From an uncultured Bacilli bacterium (GTDB taxonomy: Bacteria; Bacillota_I; Bacilli_A; RF39; UBA660): 64,000 bases of DNA. The stretch's first letter is position 1; every line of letters begins with the position of its first letter. The DNA is taken from positions 11,906 to 75,905 of the forward strand of contig CANQQV010000008.1 of the NCBI GenBank assembly GCA_947626095.1, given 5' to 3'. Below the pieces are notes generated by a model. That model worked only from the letters and a program-made list of their open reading frames with translations. It searched no databases and had not been told where the DNA came from. Below, piece by piece: positions 10,361 through 21,549 of the stretch. Position numbers and translations under genes: made by a program.

Positions 10361-11272
10361 TTATTGAGTTTTGAATTTCTTTTCTAATTTCTTTTTGATA
10401 TATAAGGTACTACGGTATAAGCCATTGGTAGCAAAACCTTCAAGGATTTGAAGAGCTTCTTCTTTTTTGTTATGTTCTTTTAAGAAATCAATAATACCAA
10501 TTCTAATACTATCAATATTATTAAAACTAATGTGATGATTAATAAAATAATCTAAGATACATTTAGGTAATATTGTAATATAGTTTAATTGTTTTTCACG
10601 ATCAATTAAAACAGTTCCGTCTTCACTAATAAAGATATAATCACGATAATTACGATAAACTTTTAATAAATCTAAATAGTTACCATTGACAATATTTTCG
10701 ACTTTACGTGGATTTTCAGCAATTTGCATTCTAATCGTGCCAATATAAGATAAACTGCATAATTTAGTAAGAACTTCTTTTTTAGTTGTAACTTCATCAC
10801 AAAATAAAGTAGCAATTAAAAAGGCTGCTTCACGATTTAAATTAATTGCTTCATCTAATTCATTAGTTGATTTTATTGGTAAAATAGGTTTTTGAAAACG
10901 ACCAGCCATAAAGAAAGTTGACCAAGTATTTAGTTCATCGATAAAATCATCAACTTCTTTAACACCATATTTAAACATACTACCATTTTCTTTAATATGG
11001 CTTAGATATGTTACTTTGTTATAACCTTTTAATCTTTTAGCAGGAGCAAATCTGATGTATAGTTTACCAGTTAAAGGATAGTCTTTTCTATTCATCTTCA
11101 TATTTTCTAAATGCCATTTTTTCATATCTTTAACAACAAATAACATGTCTATTTGAGGAGTATCAGATGGTAAATATGAATCTTGTTTAAAAACACCAGA
11201 GCCATAACAGAAGACTCCTAGAGCTTCTGGTCGATTACTGGCAAAAGCTTTAGTTTTTTCAATTAAATCCAT
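10361..11272 (-). CDS. Tam41/Mmp37-family phosphatidate cytidylyltransferase (CDP-DAG synthase)
   Basis: YGSGVFKQ..IDMLFVV..WH..N, KYGV, W.TFFMAGRFQKP, LSYIG.IRM..AENPRKVENIV match Tam41 family motifs. Confidence 0.85.
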   Translation of the reverse strand: MDLIEKTKAFASNRPEALGVFCYGSGVFKQDSYLPSDTPQIDMLFVVKDMKKWHLENMKMNRKDYPLTGKLYIRFAPAKRLKGYNKVTYLSHIKENGSMFKYGVKEVDDFIDELNTWSTFFMAGRFQKPILPIKSTNELDEAINLNREAAFLIATLFCDEVTTKKEVLTKLCSLSYIGTIRMQIAENPRKVENIVNGNYLDLLKVYRNYRDYIFISEDGTVLIDREKQLNYITILPKCILDYFINHHISFNNIDSIRIGIIDFLKEHNKKEEALQILEGFATNGLYRSTLYIKKKLEKKFKTQ

Positions 11273-11366
11273 CTAATCACCCTCTTTTTTTCACAAATAA
11301 GGTTTTATTATAGCACAAATTCAGTAAATTAATAAATTAAATTAAAAAGAAGCTATTTTTTAGCTT

Positions 11367-13913
11367 CTATTTAAGATTTTTTAATCTATCTAAAACAAGT
11401 TGTAATCTTTCTTCTTCACGAGCAAGATTTTCTTTTTCTTGATTAACGATATTAGCTGGAGCTTTAGCAACGTAATTTTCGTTAGCAAGTAATTTTTTTC
11501 TTCGATTGATAGAATTTTCTAAACTTTCTTGTTCTTTAGTTAAATTATCTAGTTCTTCGCCCTTTTGTTTAGAATCGTCAAAGCAAATAGTTGCTTTATA
11601 TTGATCTAACGATACTTCTAAACGACCAGTTAATTTACTATCTTTAACTATTTTATCAGTTAATTTTAACATTTTTAAGATTAATTCATTATCAATATCA
11701 GTTATTACTTCAAAATCACTACTTATGTTATTTTCAGCTTTTTTATTTCTAAAATAAGATATATATTCAATTACTACGTCGATTTCTTTTTTTACTTTAG
11801 TAAATACTTTAGTCTTATCATATTTTGGATATTCACTAATCATAATTGATTCGCTATCTTTAAATGGTAACATACTATATATTTCTTCAGTAACAAATGG
11901 CATAAATGGATGCATTATTTTAAGAATACCAGTTAAAACAGTATATAAAACACTCTTAGTTGTTTGACTATCTAAGTTGAATTTAGCAAATTCAATGTAA
12001 TTACTACAGAAGTCTTCCCAAATGAAGTTGTAGTTTTCAGCACCAACTAAGTTAAGTTCGTATTTATCCATATGTTTGATAGTTCTTTTTAAATTTTCTT
12101 CATATTTAGTTAAAATCCATTTATCGGCATCAGTTAAATTAGTAAAAGTTAATTCTTTTAAATCTTCAATATTAAGTAAAACGAATCTTGAAGCATTCCA
12201 TAGTTTATTAATGAAATTCCAAGTACTAGCTACTTTATCTTGGTCAAATCTTAAGTCAGTACCCATAGCAACATCAGTTGCAAGATAGTATCTTAAAGCA
12301 TCAGCACCATATTCATCGATTAAATCCATTGGGTCAACACCATTACCTAAAGATTTAGACATTTTACGACCATCTTTAGCACGAATAAGACCATGAATAA
12401 TACAATCTTTAAATGGTCTTACACCAGTAACATGTTCAGCTTGGAAAACCATTCTCGCTACCCAGAAGAAGATAATATCATAAGCGGTAACTAAAACATC
12501 GTTAGGATAGTATCTTGCCATATCTTCAGTTTTTTCTGGCCAACCTAAAGTACTAAATGGCCATAAAGCACTACTAAACCAAGTATCTAGAACATCTTCA
12601 TCTTGAACCCAACCATTACCTTCTGGAGCTTCCATTCCAACATATATTTCATCATCACGATACCAAGCTGGAATACGATGGCCCCACCATAATTGACGAG
12701 ATATACACCAGTCATAAGATATTTCCATCCAGTGATTTAAGATTTTTTCAAAACGTGGAGGAACAAAATTAACTTTTTCATTCTTTTTCTTTTGAGTTTC
12801 TAAAACGTGTTTAGCTAAATCACCCATTTTAACAAACCATTGTTTTGATAGATATGGTTCAACCATAACACCAGTTCTTTCACTATGGCCGACTGAGTGA
12901 GTCATTTTTTCAATACTAATTAATAATCCTTCTTTTTCTAGGTCTTTTAATAATTCTTCACGGCACATTTCACGGCTCATACCTTGATATTTACCAGCAT
13001 TAGAGTTCATTGTACCATCAGGATTCATAACAATTATACGTTCTAGATTATGACGATTACCGACTTCAAAGTCGTTAGGATCATGAGCTGGAGTTATTTT
13101 AACAACACCAGTACCAAATTCAGGATCAGCATGTTCATCAGTAATAACAGGTATTGGTTTACCAACAATTGGTAAAATAACATTTTTACCAACATACTTT
13201 TTATATCTTTCATCACTTTCATTAACAGCAACAGCAGTATCACCAAATAAAGTTTCAGGACGAGTTGTAGCAACATCTAAGTATTCATCAGTACCTTCAA
13301 TATAATATTTTAAATGGTAGAAAGCACCAGGAACATCTTTATAAATTACTTCTTCGTTAGATAAAGCAGTTTGGGCTTCTGGATCCCAGTTAATTATTTT
13401 CTCACCACGATAGATAATACCTTCATTATAGTAATCAACGAAAACTTTAGTAACAGCTTTATTTAAACCTTCATCTAAAGTAAAACGTTCCTTATTATAA
13501 TCAACAGAGATACCTACTTTAGCCCATTGGTCTCTAATACTTCCACCATATTCATGAGTCCAATCCCAACAAGCTTCTAGGAATTTTTCACGGCCATATT
13601 CGTATTTATCAATACCTTGTTCTTTTAATTTTTTAACTACTTTAGCTTCAGTAGCTATAGCGGCATGGTCCATACCTGGTAACCATAAGCAGTCAAAGCC
13701 TTGCATTCTTTTATAACGAATAATAATATCTTGGATGGAAACGTCTAGAGCGTGACCTAAATGTAATTTACCAGTAACATTTGGTGGCGGAATAACAATA
13801 CAAAATGGATCTTTGCTTTTATCTCCACAATTAAAGTAACCTTTATTTTTCCAATTTTCATATTTATTTTTTTCAATTTTTTTATGATCATATTTAGTTT
13901 CTATTTCTTTCAT
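11367..13913 (-). CDS. valS: Valine--tRNA ligase
   Basis: PPPNVTGKLHLGH (HIGH), DWCISRQLWWGH, KMSKS, C-terminal coiled coil. Confidence 0.98.
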   Translation of the reverse strand: MKEIETKYDHKKIEKNKYENWKNKGYFNCGDKSKDPFCIVIPPPNVTGKLHLGHALDVSIQDIIIRYKRMQGFDCLWLPGMDHAAIATEAKVVKKLKEQGIDKYEYGREKFLEACWDWTHEYGGSIRDQWAKVGISVDYNKERFTLDEGLNKAVTKVFVDYYNEGIIYRGEKIINWDPEAQTALSNEEVIYKDVPGAFYHLKYYIEGTDEYLDVATTRPETLFGDTAVAVNESDERYKKYVGKNVILPIVGKPIPVITDEHADPEFGTGVVKITPAHDPNDFEVGNRHNLERIIVMNPDGTMNSNAGKYQGMSREMCREELLKDLEKEGLLISIEKMTHSVGHSERTGVMVEPYLSKQWFVKMGDLAKHVLETQKKKNEKVNFVPPRFEKILNHWMEISYDWCISRQLWWGHRIPAWYRDDEIYVGMEAPEGNGWVQDEDVLDTWFSSALWPFSTLGWPEKTEDMARYYPNDVLVTAYDIIFFWVARMVFQAEHVTGVRPFKDCIIHGLIRAKDGRKMSKSLGNGVDPMDLIDEYGADALRYYLATDVAMGTDLRFDQDKVASTWNFINKLWNASRFVLLNIEDLKELTFTNLTDADKWILTKYEENLKRTIKHMDKYELNLVGAENYNFIWEDFCSNYIEFAKFNLDSQTTKSVLYTVLTGILKIMHPFMPFVTEEIYSMLPFKDSESIMISEYPKYDKTKVFTKVKKEIDVVIEYISYFRNKKAENNISSDFEVITDIDNELILKMLKLTDKIVKDSKLTGRLEVSLDQYKATICFDDSKQKGEELDNLTKEQESLENSINRRKKLLANENYVAKAPANIVNQEKENLAREEERLQLVLDRLKNLK

Positions 13914-14631
13914 ATTCTTCAATCCTCTCATTTAAATAATTTAATACTATTTTATGGATATCATCAAAAAGATGATTTTGATTAACGATTTCGTTATAAA
14001 CAAGATAATTCTTTTTGTACTCCGCTAGACAAATGTCATTGTATATTTCAAAAGCAAAAGCATACTGTGTACAAAGACGATCGTTAACATTACGACAAAA
14101 TAATCTATTTACTAGTTGATGTTTTTCGATGGCATCTATGACTTCTTTAGACATTTCTTCATCACTACTTTCGAAGTGCCATTCGTCAGGGATACTATAC
14201 ATAAACATAATATCTAGTTTATCAACATCTTTAATCAATTTAACATGTTTTAAAGTTCGTTCATCAGTTGTTTCGGGTAACTCAAATTTATTGTGATATT
14301 TAATAGCTGTTTTAATAATTGGATACCACTCTTCTTGGTTACAAAACGATTTAATCTTGCCTTTAGTAAATAATTCTTCGACACTTAAATCAGCATGATC
14401 GACTGTATCTTTATCAGAAAAGCTATCGTAGACTCGAGCTTGTTTGAAACGACCGATATCGTGTAATAAACCGATGATGGTAGCTAGCTTGATATCTTCA
14501 GCATTAAAGTTTAATAATTTAGCATATTTACTAGCTAGTTTCATCACTCGCATCGAATGATTATATTTTAATTTGATTTTAGGATTAGTTAAGTCATAAT
14601 TACTAACATATTGTTTAAATTCATCAAGCAT
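13894..14631 (-). CDS. HD-domain phosphohydrolase
   Basis: HSMRV...GLLHDIGRF...DHA...YHN...DVDKLD; overlaps valS start. Confidence 0.88.
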   Translation of the reverse strand: MLDEFKQYVSNYDLTNPKIKLKYNHSMRVMKLASKYAKLLNFNAEDIKLATIIGLLHDIGRFKQARVYDSFSDKDTVDHADLSVEELFTKGKIKSFCNQEEWYPIIKTAIKYHNKFELPETTDERTLKHVKLIKDVDKLDIMFMYSIPDEWHFESSDEEMSKEVIDAIEKHQLVNRLFCRNVNDRLCTQYAFAFEIYNDICLAEYKKNYLVYNEIVNQNHLFDDIHKIVLNYLNERIEEYERNRN

Positions 14632-14649
14632 GTTATCACCCTTTTTAAA

Positions 14650-14848
14650 AAATAAAAAATAGTTATAACTTAAGGACGAGTAAAACCCGCGGTACCACCT
14701 TAATTTATAACTATTGTTATACCCTTATAATATTTAACGCATATTAACGATTTACTCCCAAGCAACCTTCTTCTATTTTCCATATTCTTTTCCACCAACC
14801 AAGAACTCTCTTTAACTTCTAAATAGAATACTCCTCTTGTTCAACGTA
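14650..14848 (-). promoter_or_regulatory. T-box riboswitch, Val specifier GUU
   Basis: Minus strand: GA motif, AGUA bulge, AG box, GGUUGGUGGAA apical loop, GAAG-GUU specifier, T-box AAGGUGGUACCGCG, then hairpin + U-run. Confidence 0.9.
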
Positions 14849-14952
14849 CTTAAAAGTATTATAAAGCATTAGAAATTTAAAAGCAATAAAATTTTATTGA
14901 GTAAAAATAGTAAATACGTTATAATTATATAAGAATAAAGAGGATTGGTATT

Positions 14953-16944
14953 ATGGCATTACATGAGTTTAATTATGAAAAGGAAGCTACCGTAAGTATT
15001 GTAAAAAGTATTCTAACTGATGCGATTAAGATGAAAGCATCTGATATTCATTTTGACCCTGAACCAAACAAGTTAGTTATTAGATTTAGAATTAATGGTG
15101 ACTTAGTTGAATATACAACGGCTCCAGAAAATGTTAAAACGAATATTTTAACAAGAATTAAAATTCTTTCAGGAATGAATATTACCGAAGCAATAATTCC
15201 CCAAATTGGAGCGATTAATTTTGAATTAAGTAGTAGAACCCATAATATGCGTACAGCAACAATCCCAGTCGTTGATGGAGAAAAGATTGTCGTTCACCTA
15301 TCTAATTATGCAAGAAACTTAAAGAGCTTAGATAGTCTAGGTTTTGAAAAAGAAAATATCGATAAAATTATGACAATGTTAAATGATTCTGATGGAATTA
15401 TTTTAATTACAGGAACAAATTCATCTGGTAAAACTACTTCAATGTATGCCATATTGCAAGAGTTAAGTAAAAAACCAGTTAATATTATATCAGTAGAAAA
15501 TCCTATTAAAATGAAATTACCTAAAGTTAATCAAGTCCAGATTAATAACGAACGTGGAATTACATATAATAGTATTTTAAAATCAATTTTACTTTCAGAT
15601 CCTGATGTTATTGCGATTAATGAATTAATTGATGATGAAACAGTTCGTACAGCTTTACGTTCTTCTATTTCAGGACATTTAGTTATATCAACAATGCATA
15701 CTAAAACAGCTTTTACAACAATAAAGTCTTTACTAAATATGGATGTTGAAAACTATTTATTAGGATCTAATTTAGATGGAATTATTTCCCAACGATTAGT
15801 AAAAAAATTATGCCCTACTTGTCGTGAAAAGAAACAAGCTAGTGAATATGAAAAGAAAATTATCAAAGAAGTATTAGGTGAAGAGGTTGAAGAAATATAT
15901 GTACCTAAAGGTTGCGAAGAATGCCAAGATGGATATATTGATCAATTACCAGTTGTTGAAGTAGTTAATATAAGTGATGAGTTACGTCAAGCTATTTCTA
16001 ATCATCGTAATGAAGATTTAATATACAATATTATTTATAGTGAAAATGAATCGATTGTTAAAGATGCTTTTAAAAAGGTTGTAAATGGTGATACTTCTTT
16101 TGAAGAAGCCGTTAAAGCAATTGATGTAAAGACTGATTTAGGTTGTGATGATAAAAAAATAAAAGATTTACTACTAGGTAAAGAAGTAGATGACGATGAT
16201 ACTCAGATTAACGATGAGCATAAAGAAGATGAAGAAAAAGTTGATAAAAAAGAAAAAGTTGATAAAGAAGAAAAAGTTAATAAAGAGAAAAAAGATATAG
16301 TTACTAAAGAGAAAACTGAAGAAGGTTCAGACAAAGAAAAAAAAGACAAGGAAACTAATGATAATAAAAACGATATAAATGATAAAGAAAAAGATAAAGA
16401 TAATAAGAAGGAAGAAAAGAAAGATGATAGTGAAAAAATTCAAGAAGAACCTGTAATTGACAATAAAGAAGAAAAACATGATGAACAACAAGATAAACCA
16501 CAAGAAGAAAAGAAAGAACAACAAGAAAAAAATATTGAAAATAAAGAGGAAATAAAACAAGAAAAAGATAATGCTATAGATCAAGAAAAGAAAGAAGAAA
16601 CAGCCAAGGAAAAAGATCTTATAAATGATAATGAATTACTTCAACAAGCATTAAAACTAATTGAAAAACAATTATTAGCTAAAAAAGAAGAAACTAAAGA
16701 AAAGACAGTCACGGAAAGTGAACCTACGCCAATTACTGTTAAAAATGAAGAACAAAAAGTTGAAGAAGTTAAAGTCGAAGAACCTAAGGATGAAGGCATA
16801 AAAGTTGAAGATATTAAAGTTGAAGAAATCGCCCCTACTCCTGCTCCTGAACCAACACCAATTGTTATTCAAAAAGACGATGATGATAATGATGATGACG
16901 ATGACTCATTTAGTTATGATAATTCGTATGTTAATAATTTTTAA
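14953..16944 (+). CDS. GspE/PilB/ComGA-family ATPase-like protein with degenerate motifs and acidic low-complexity tail
   Basis: ASDIHFDP, RFRINGDL, GTNSSGKTT, SGHLVISTMH, SQRLVKKLCPTC...CEEC; last ~250 aa K/E/D-rich. Confidence 0.85.
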   Translation: MALHEFNYEKEATVSIVKSILTDAIKMKASDIHFDPEPNKLVIRFRINGDLVEYTTAPENVKTNILTRIKILSGMNITEAIIPQIGAINFELSSRTHNMRTATIPVVDGEKIVVHLSNYARNLKSLDSLGFEKENIDKIMTMLNDSDGIILITGTNSSGKTTSMYAILQELSKKPVNIISVENPIKMKLPKVNQVQINNERGITYNSILKSILLSDPDVIAINELIDDETVRTALRSSISGHLVISTMHTKTAFTTIKSLLNMDVENYLLGSNLDGIISQRLVKKLCPTCREKKQASEYEKKIIKEVLGEEVEEIYVPKGCEECQDGYIDQLPVVEVVNISDELRQAISNHRNEDLIYNIIYSENESIVKDAFKKVVNGDTSFEEAVKAIDVKTDLGCDDKKIKDLLLGKEVDDDDTQINDEHKEDEEKVDKKEKVDKEEKVNKEKKDIVTKEKTEEGSDKEKKDKETNDNKNDINDKEKDKDNKKEEKKDDSEKIQEEPVIDNKEEKHDEQQDKPQEEKKEQQEKNIENKEEIKQEKDNAIDQEKKEETAKEKDLINDNELLQQALKLIEKQLLAKKEETKEKTVTESEPTPITVKNEEQKVEEVKVEEPKDEGIKVEDIKVEEIAPTPAPEPTPIVIQKDDDDNDDDDDSFSYDNSYVNNF

Positions 16945-16969
16945 AAGAGCTTTTGAAAGCTCTTTTTTA
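16943..16969. terminator. Bidirectional rho-independent terminator
   Basis: AAAAGAGCTTT-TG-AAAGCTCTTTTTT between convergent genes. Confidence 0.85.
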
Positions 16970-17731
16970 TTTGAAAATAATAGTTAAAAAGGATTTGATA
17001 GGTTCCATAAAAATAAAGACTAAATATAAACCAGTAATAAGAAATGGACCAAAAGGTATTTCTTTATTTATTTTCGATAAAGTGTAATATACAGCGACAG
17101 GAAATGCTAAAAAAGAACCAATTACCAAAGAGATAATACTTAATCTAACACCTAAGACAAAGCCAAAAAACATGGCTAGTTTGATATCACCACCACCAAT
17201 TGAATCCTGCTTAAAAATCTTGTTACCTAAAGCACGAATTATTATCATAAAAAGAAAGATTAATAAACCACTACATAAGGATATTAAAAAGGTTTTAAAA
17301 CCGAAAAAGATAGCTTTAAAGAGTAAAATTAAGATAGATGAAATAATTAGTGGTTCATCTAAAATAACATAGTATTTAAAATCACTAACGTATATACTAA
17401 TTAGCAACAAACTTAAAATTATTGTAATAAGCATTTCATAGCTAAAACCATAAAAGATGTAAGATAAAGTAAATAATAAACCTGAAATAAAAGTTAATAT
17501 AGGATATAAAAGAGAAATGTGCTGATGACAGTATGGACATTTGCCATGATTAATTACATAGGAATACAAAGGAATTAGTTCATACCATTTGTACTTATGA
17601 TTACAATTATCACAAGCATTAACATATTCTTTTTTCTTTAAAGGTAGTTTTAAAGAAAAGATAGTACAAATGTAACCAGATACAAGGCCAACAAAAAATA
17701 ATAAGATTATAGTATAGACATCTATTAGCAT
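16967..17731 (-). CDS. comC: Type IV prepilin peptidase (ComC/PilD)
   Basis: CDNC...ELIPLYSY..GKCPYC Zn motif, SDFKYYVILD, GGGDIKL, IPFGPFL. Confidence 0.9.
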   Translation of the reverse strand: MLIDVYTIILLFFVGLVSGYICTIFSLKLPLKKKEYVNACDNCNHKYKWYELIPLYSYVINHGKCPYCHQHISLLYPILTFISGLLFTLSYIFYGFSYEMLITIILSLLLISIYVSDFKYYVILDEPLIISSILILLFKAIFFGFKTFLISLCSGLLIFLFMIIIRALGNKIFKQDSIGGGDIKLAMFFGFVLGVRLSIISLVIGSFLAFPVAVYYTLSKINKEIPFGPFLITGLYLVFIFMEPIKSFLTIIFK

Positions 17732-17781
17732 TGTATCACCTTTTCTAACCCCTATTATTATAAAATTATAACATATTATTA

Positions 17782-17808
17782 ATAAAAAGTAATTACTATT
17801 CATATAAT
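17782..17808 (+). promoter_or_regulatory. Possible sigma-E-type promoter of yqfQ-like gene
   Basis: ATA-N16-CATATAAT; it also contains TATAAT, so a sigma-A promoter cannot be excluded. Confidence 0.4.
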
Positions 17809-17823
17809 ATATTGGTGGTACTG

Positions 17824-18054
17824 ATGTATAATAATTTCTCCCTTTTAAGTATTGTAAGTGGTTTATCTAAAACATTAAATATCGCGAATCAAATGATTCC
17901 ATTGTATAAACAAGTTAAACCACTAATTGCTAATTCTAGTAAAATTTTAAGTAATCTCCAAAGTATTAAAGTTGGCAATAATAAACAAGTTAAGCAAGTA
18001 GTTAATAAGCAACAGCCTTATAAACAAATTAATATGCCAACATTCTTTCAATAA
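17824..18054 (+). CDS. Short VrrA/YqfQ-like protein
   Basis: LSKTLNIANQMIPLYKQVKPLI resembles the YqfQ core; near trmK as in Bacillus. Confidence 0.6.
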   Translation: MYNNFSLLSIVSGLSKTLNIANQMIPLYKQVKPLIANSSKILSNLQSIKVGNNKQVKQVVNKQQPYKQINMPTFFQ

Positions 18055-18060
18055 AAAAAG

Positions 18061-18711
18061 TTATTTCGTAGTTGAAATAGCTTTTTTTAGTTGCCATAAT
18101 TGATAATATCTTTTTACTTTGATATCTAGTTTAATAAATGGTATTTTTTTGATAATTTGTTTTACTTGATTAATTAAATATTTATTATATTCTTGATTAT
18201 TCAATAATCCGTAAGCAATTTCGGTCTTGGTATTTTTTTGCGGACTTTTAACAAATAAAGATGTTACATACCATTTCTTTTTATCATAAATATATTTTTC
18301 ATCTTTAAGGTAATAACCTTTATTATTTAATTCTTGACGTAAGATATGGTAATCATTATTGGATTGAATAATTAATTTATTGATATTTTTTAATTTTTCT
18401 TGATTACCTAGAATATGTAATATAGTAGCTGTGCCCATACCAGAAATAATTAACGTATTAATTTTTTTAACATCAATATTATCTAGGCCATCACTTAAAA
18501 CAGTTTTTATTTTAAGTTTACTATTTTTAATATTAGTAATGGCACTTTGTAAAGCATTAGGATTAATATCACTAGCAATAATGTCTTTAACTAATTTATT
18601 TTCTTTTAAATAAATACTTAAATAGCCATGATCACAGCCAATATCAACTACTTGATCATTTTCACAGACAAATTCGGCTAAAGTATGTAATCTTTTACTT
18701 AACTTAGTCAC
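18061..18711 (-). CDS. trmK: tRNA (adenine22-N1)-methyltransferase
   Basis: [26 protein letters not shown]; downstream of sigA. Confidence 0.93.
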   Translation of the reverse strand: MTKLSKRLHTLAEFVCENDQVVDIGCDHGYLSIYLKENKLVKDIIASDINPNALQSAITNIKNSKLKIKTVLSDGLDNIDVKKINTLIISGMGTATILHILGNQEKLKNINKLIIQSNNDYHILRQELNNKGYYLKDEKYIYDKKKWYVTSLFVKSPQKNTKTEIAYGLLNNQEYNKYLINQVKQIIKKIPFIKLDIKVKRYYQLWQLKKAISTTK

Positions 18712-19798
18712 TTAAGAAGTCTTTTAATTTTTTAGCACGAGATGGATGTCTTAGTTTTCTTAAGGCTTTAGCTTCGATTTGTCTTATTCTTTCTCTGGTA
18801 ACATTAAATTTCTTACCTACTTCTTCAAGAGTATGACTAGTTCCATCAACTAAACCAAAACGTAATTCTAGAACTTCTTGTTCTCTTTCTTGAAGAGTCA
18901 TTAAAACATTTTTAATTTCTTCTTTTAAGATTTCGTTAGTAGCATATTCTTCAGGGCTCATACTTCTTTCATCTTTAATAAAGTCGCCTAAATGAGAATC
19001 ATCTTCTTCACCAATTGGAGTATCTAAAGATACTGGATCTTGACTTATTTTCATGACTTCTCTAACTTTATCAACTGAGATACCCATTTTATCAGCTAAT
19101 TCTTCTTCACTTGGTTCTCTATTTAATTCAAGAGTCATTTGACGTTGAACACGAGCCATTTTATTAATTGTTTCAACCATATGAACTGGAACTCTGATAG
19201 TTCTCGCTTGGTCAGCTAAGGCTCTTGTTATAGCTTGTCTTATCCACCATGTAGCATAAGTACTAAACTTATAACCTTTACCATAATCAAATTTATCAAC
19301 AGCTTTCATAAGGCCGATATTACCTTCTTGAATTAAATCTAGAAATAGTAAACCACGACCAACATATCTTTTAGCAATTGAAACAACTAAACGTAAGTTA
19401 GACTCAGCTAAAATGTTTTTAGCATCTTCTTCACCATTAGCAATTCTAACAGATAAATCTAATTCTTCTTCAGAACTTAAAAGACTAATACGACCTATTT
19501 CTTTTAAGTACATACGAACCGGATCATTAATATTGATATCTTTAGTAATTTCTTCATCAGATAGAACAAGGTTTTCTTCTTCCATGTCCATCTTAGGTCC
19601 TTCGCCATCACTACCTTCAGCAACAACTTCGATACCATTTTCCATTAATAGATTATATAAATCATCTAAGGAATCATTATCAATATCTAAGCCTTTTAAA
19701 CTTTCAGCTAATTGTTCAAAAGTTAAAATATTATTATTCTTTTGTCCTAATTCAACTAGTTCTTTTTTTCTTTCTTCAAAACTTTTAATTTCTACCAT
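18704..19798 (-). CDS. rpoD: RNA polymerase primary sigma factor
   Basis: [57 protein letters not shown]. Confidence 0.98.
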   Translation of the reverse strand: MVEIKSFEERKKELVELGQKNNNILTFEQLAESLKGLDIDNDSLDDLYNLLMENGIEVVAEGSDGEGPKMDMEEENLVLSDEEITKDININDPVRMYLKEIGRISLLSSEEELDLSVRIANGEEDAKNILAESNLRLVVSIAKRYVGRGLLFLDLIQEGNIGLMKAVDKFDYGKGYKFSTYATWWIRQAITRALADQARTIRVPVHMVETINKMARVQRQMTLELNREPSEEELADKMGISVDKVREVMKISQDPVSLDTPIGEEDDSHLGDFIKDERSMSPEEYATNEILKEEIKNVLMTLQEREQEVLELRFGLVDGTSHTLEEVGKKFNVTRERIRQIEAKALRKLRHPSRAKKLKDFLSD

Positions 19799-19800
19799 AT

Positions 19801-21549
19801 CTACACTTCCTCTTTTTTTAATTCGGCAATCTGAGCTGCTAACTTCATCTTTTTATCCACATCTAGCTCTTTTTTCATTAATTCTTTTAAACGTTTTATT
19901 TCGTTTTTAGTCATTATTTTATTAAGTGCTAATATATATTCATCCATAGCTTCAATTGTTACTTCATCATTAACTGAATCATTAACAATTTCCATTACCT
20001 TGTCTTTTATATTTTCTTTATCATTAATATAAGTAATGAAATCAGCTACAGTAATTTTCTGATTATTTTCTAAAAAATAAACTATTTCATTGGCTATCTC
20101 ACGATATAAGCTATCACTAAAGAAACCTAATTTCTTTTGATACTCTTTTATATATTCTTCCCCATTCATCATAAAATAAAGAATTTTTTCCATCCCAATT
20201 ATATATGAATCTTTTTTGATAACTTTTTTTTCAACTTTTTCTTTTGGCTCTTTTACTTTAACTGGGGCTAAGAGTTCTAACTTACTTTTTAAGACATCTA
20301 GAGAAATATCATATTCTTTACTCATCTTAGTTAAGGTAAGTTCACGAAGAATAGCATCATCATTACTCGCTAAATCTTTTAAGACGTCATTAATATAAGC
20401 CGTTAAATCAGTTATATTATTTAAGTCTTTATTTTGTTTTAAATAGTTTATTTTAAATTCAAAGAACGTAAGAGGCTCAGAAACATTTTGAATAAAAGCT
20501 TCTTTGCCATTAGCTAAGATATACTCATCAGGATCTTTTTCACCGCTTAAGCGGATAACGTAAGTTTCAATGTTGTTCTTTTCTAATTCTTCACCATTAT
20601 TAACAGTGGCAGTTTCTCCAGCATTATCGTTATCTAAACAAAGAATTACTTTAACACGTAATTTCTTTAAAAGATTAATCTGCTCTTGAGTCATTGCTGT
20701 ACCTTGAAGAGCAACAACATTTTTAAGACCAATTGATGAAATACGAATCGCATCCATAAAACCTTCAACAACAATAATTTGCTTTTCTCTTTTGGCCGCA
20801 TCTTTAGCATTATGATAATTGTATAATGTTTCACCTTTTTTAAATAGTTTTGATTCACGACTATTCATGTATTTGGAAACATCTTTTTCACCACGATAGA
20901 TACGAGCACTAAAACCAACAATGTTACCATCCTTATCCCATAAGGGGAAAGTAATACGACGACTAAACATGTCATAAGTTTTATCGTTAATGATATTTAT
21001 TAACCCAATATCAGCTAATTTCTTTTGGTCATAGCCTTTCTTCTTTAATAAGTTATACAAAGTATCACTGGTATCTAAGCTTAAACCAATACCAAATTCT
21101 TTAATAATTTCATCATTTATGCCGCGCTCTTTTAAATAAGTTAAGGCTTCTTTACCAGAATTGGTACGAAGATTATTTTGATAATACTTTTGACTTAGTT
21201 CCATTATCTCGTATTCTTCTTTAAAAGATTTTGAGCTATGACTACTTAAGGTATCGACCGAAAAATTCATGCCACACTTATCAGCAACAATTTTAACAGC
21301 TTCAAGAAAAGAAACGTTTTCATATTCTTGAACAAAAGTAAAAACATTACCAGTGGCTCCACAGGAGAAACATTTATATATTTGCTTTTCACTAGAAACA
21401 CTCATACTTGGTGAATGATCATCGTGGAAGGGACAAACACCAATATAGTTCTTGCCTCGTTGAGTTAGAGGGATATAACTACCAATGATAGAAACGATGT
21501 CTGCTTTAGCACGAATGCTGTTAATTTCATCATTACTAACAAAAGCCAT
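19801..21549 (-). CDS. dnaG: DNA primase
   Basis: [10 protein letters not shown]...CFSC Zn finger, KYMNS.E, VEGFMD, DNDNAG TOPRIM. Confidence 0.98.
   Translation of the reverse strand: MAFVSNDEINSIRAKADIVSIIGSYIPLTQRGKNYIGVCPFHDDHSPSMSVSSEKQIYKCFSCGATGNVFTFVQEYENVSFLEAVKIVADKCGMNFSVDTLSSHSSKSFKEEYEIMELSQKYYQNNLRTNSGKEALTYLKERGINDEIIKEFGIGLSLDTSDTLYNLLKKKGYDQKKLADIGLINIINDKTYDMFSRRITFPLWDKDGNIVGFSARIYRGEKDVSKYMNSRESKLFKKGETLYNYHNAKDAAKREKQIIVVEGFMDAIRISSIGLKNVVALQGTAMTQEQINLLKKLRVKVILCLDNDNAGETATVNNGEELEKNNIETYVIRLSGEKDPDEYILANGKEAFIQNVSEPLTFFEFKINYLKQNKDLNNITDLTAYINDVLKDLASNDDAILRELTLTKMSKEYDISLDVLKSKLELLAPVKVKEPKEKVEKKVIKKDSYIIGMEKILYFMMNGEEYIKEYQKKLGFFSDSLYREIANEIVYFLENNQKITVADFITYINDKENIKDKVMEIVNDSVNDEVTIEAMDEYILALNKIMTKNEIKRLKELMKKELDVDKKMKLAAQIAELKKEEV

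Noticed and set aside
16327-16872. Phe-rich minus-strand ORFs
   Set aside because: Antisense shadows of the Lys/Glu-rich tail of the PilB-like gene
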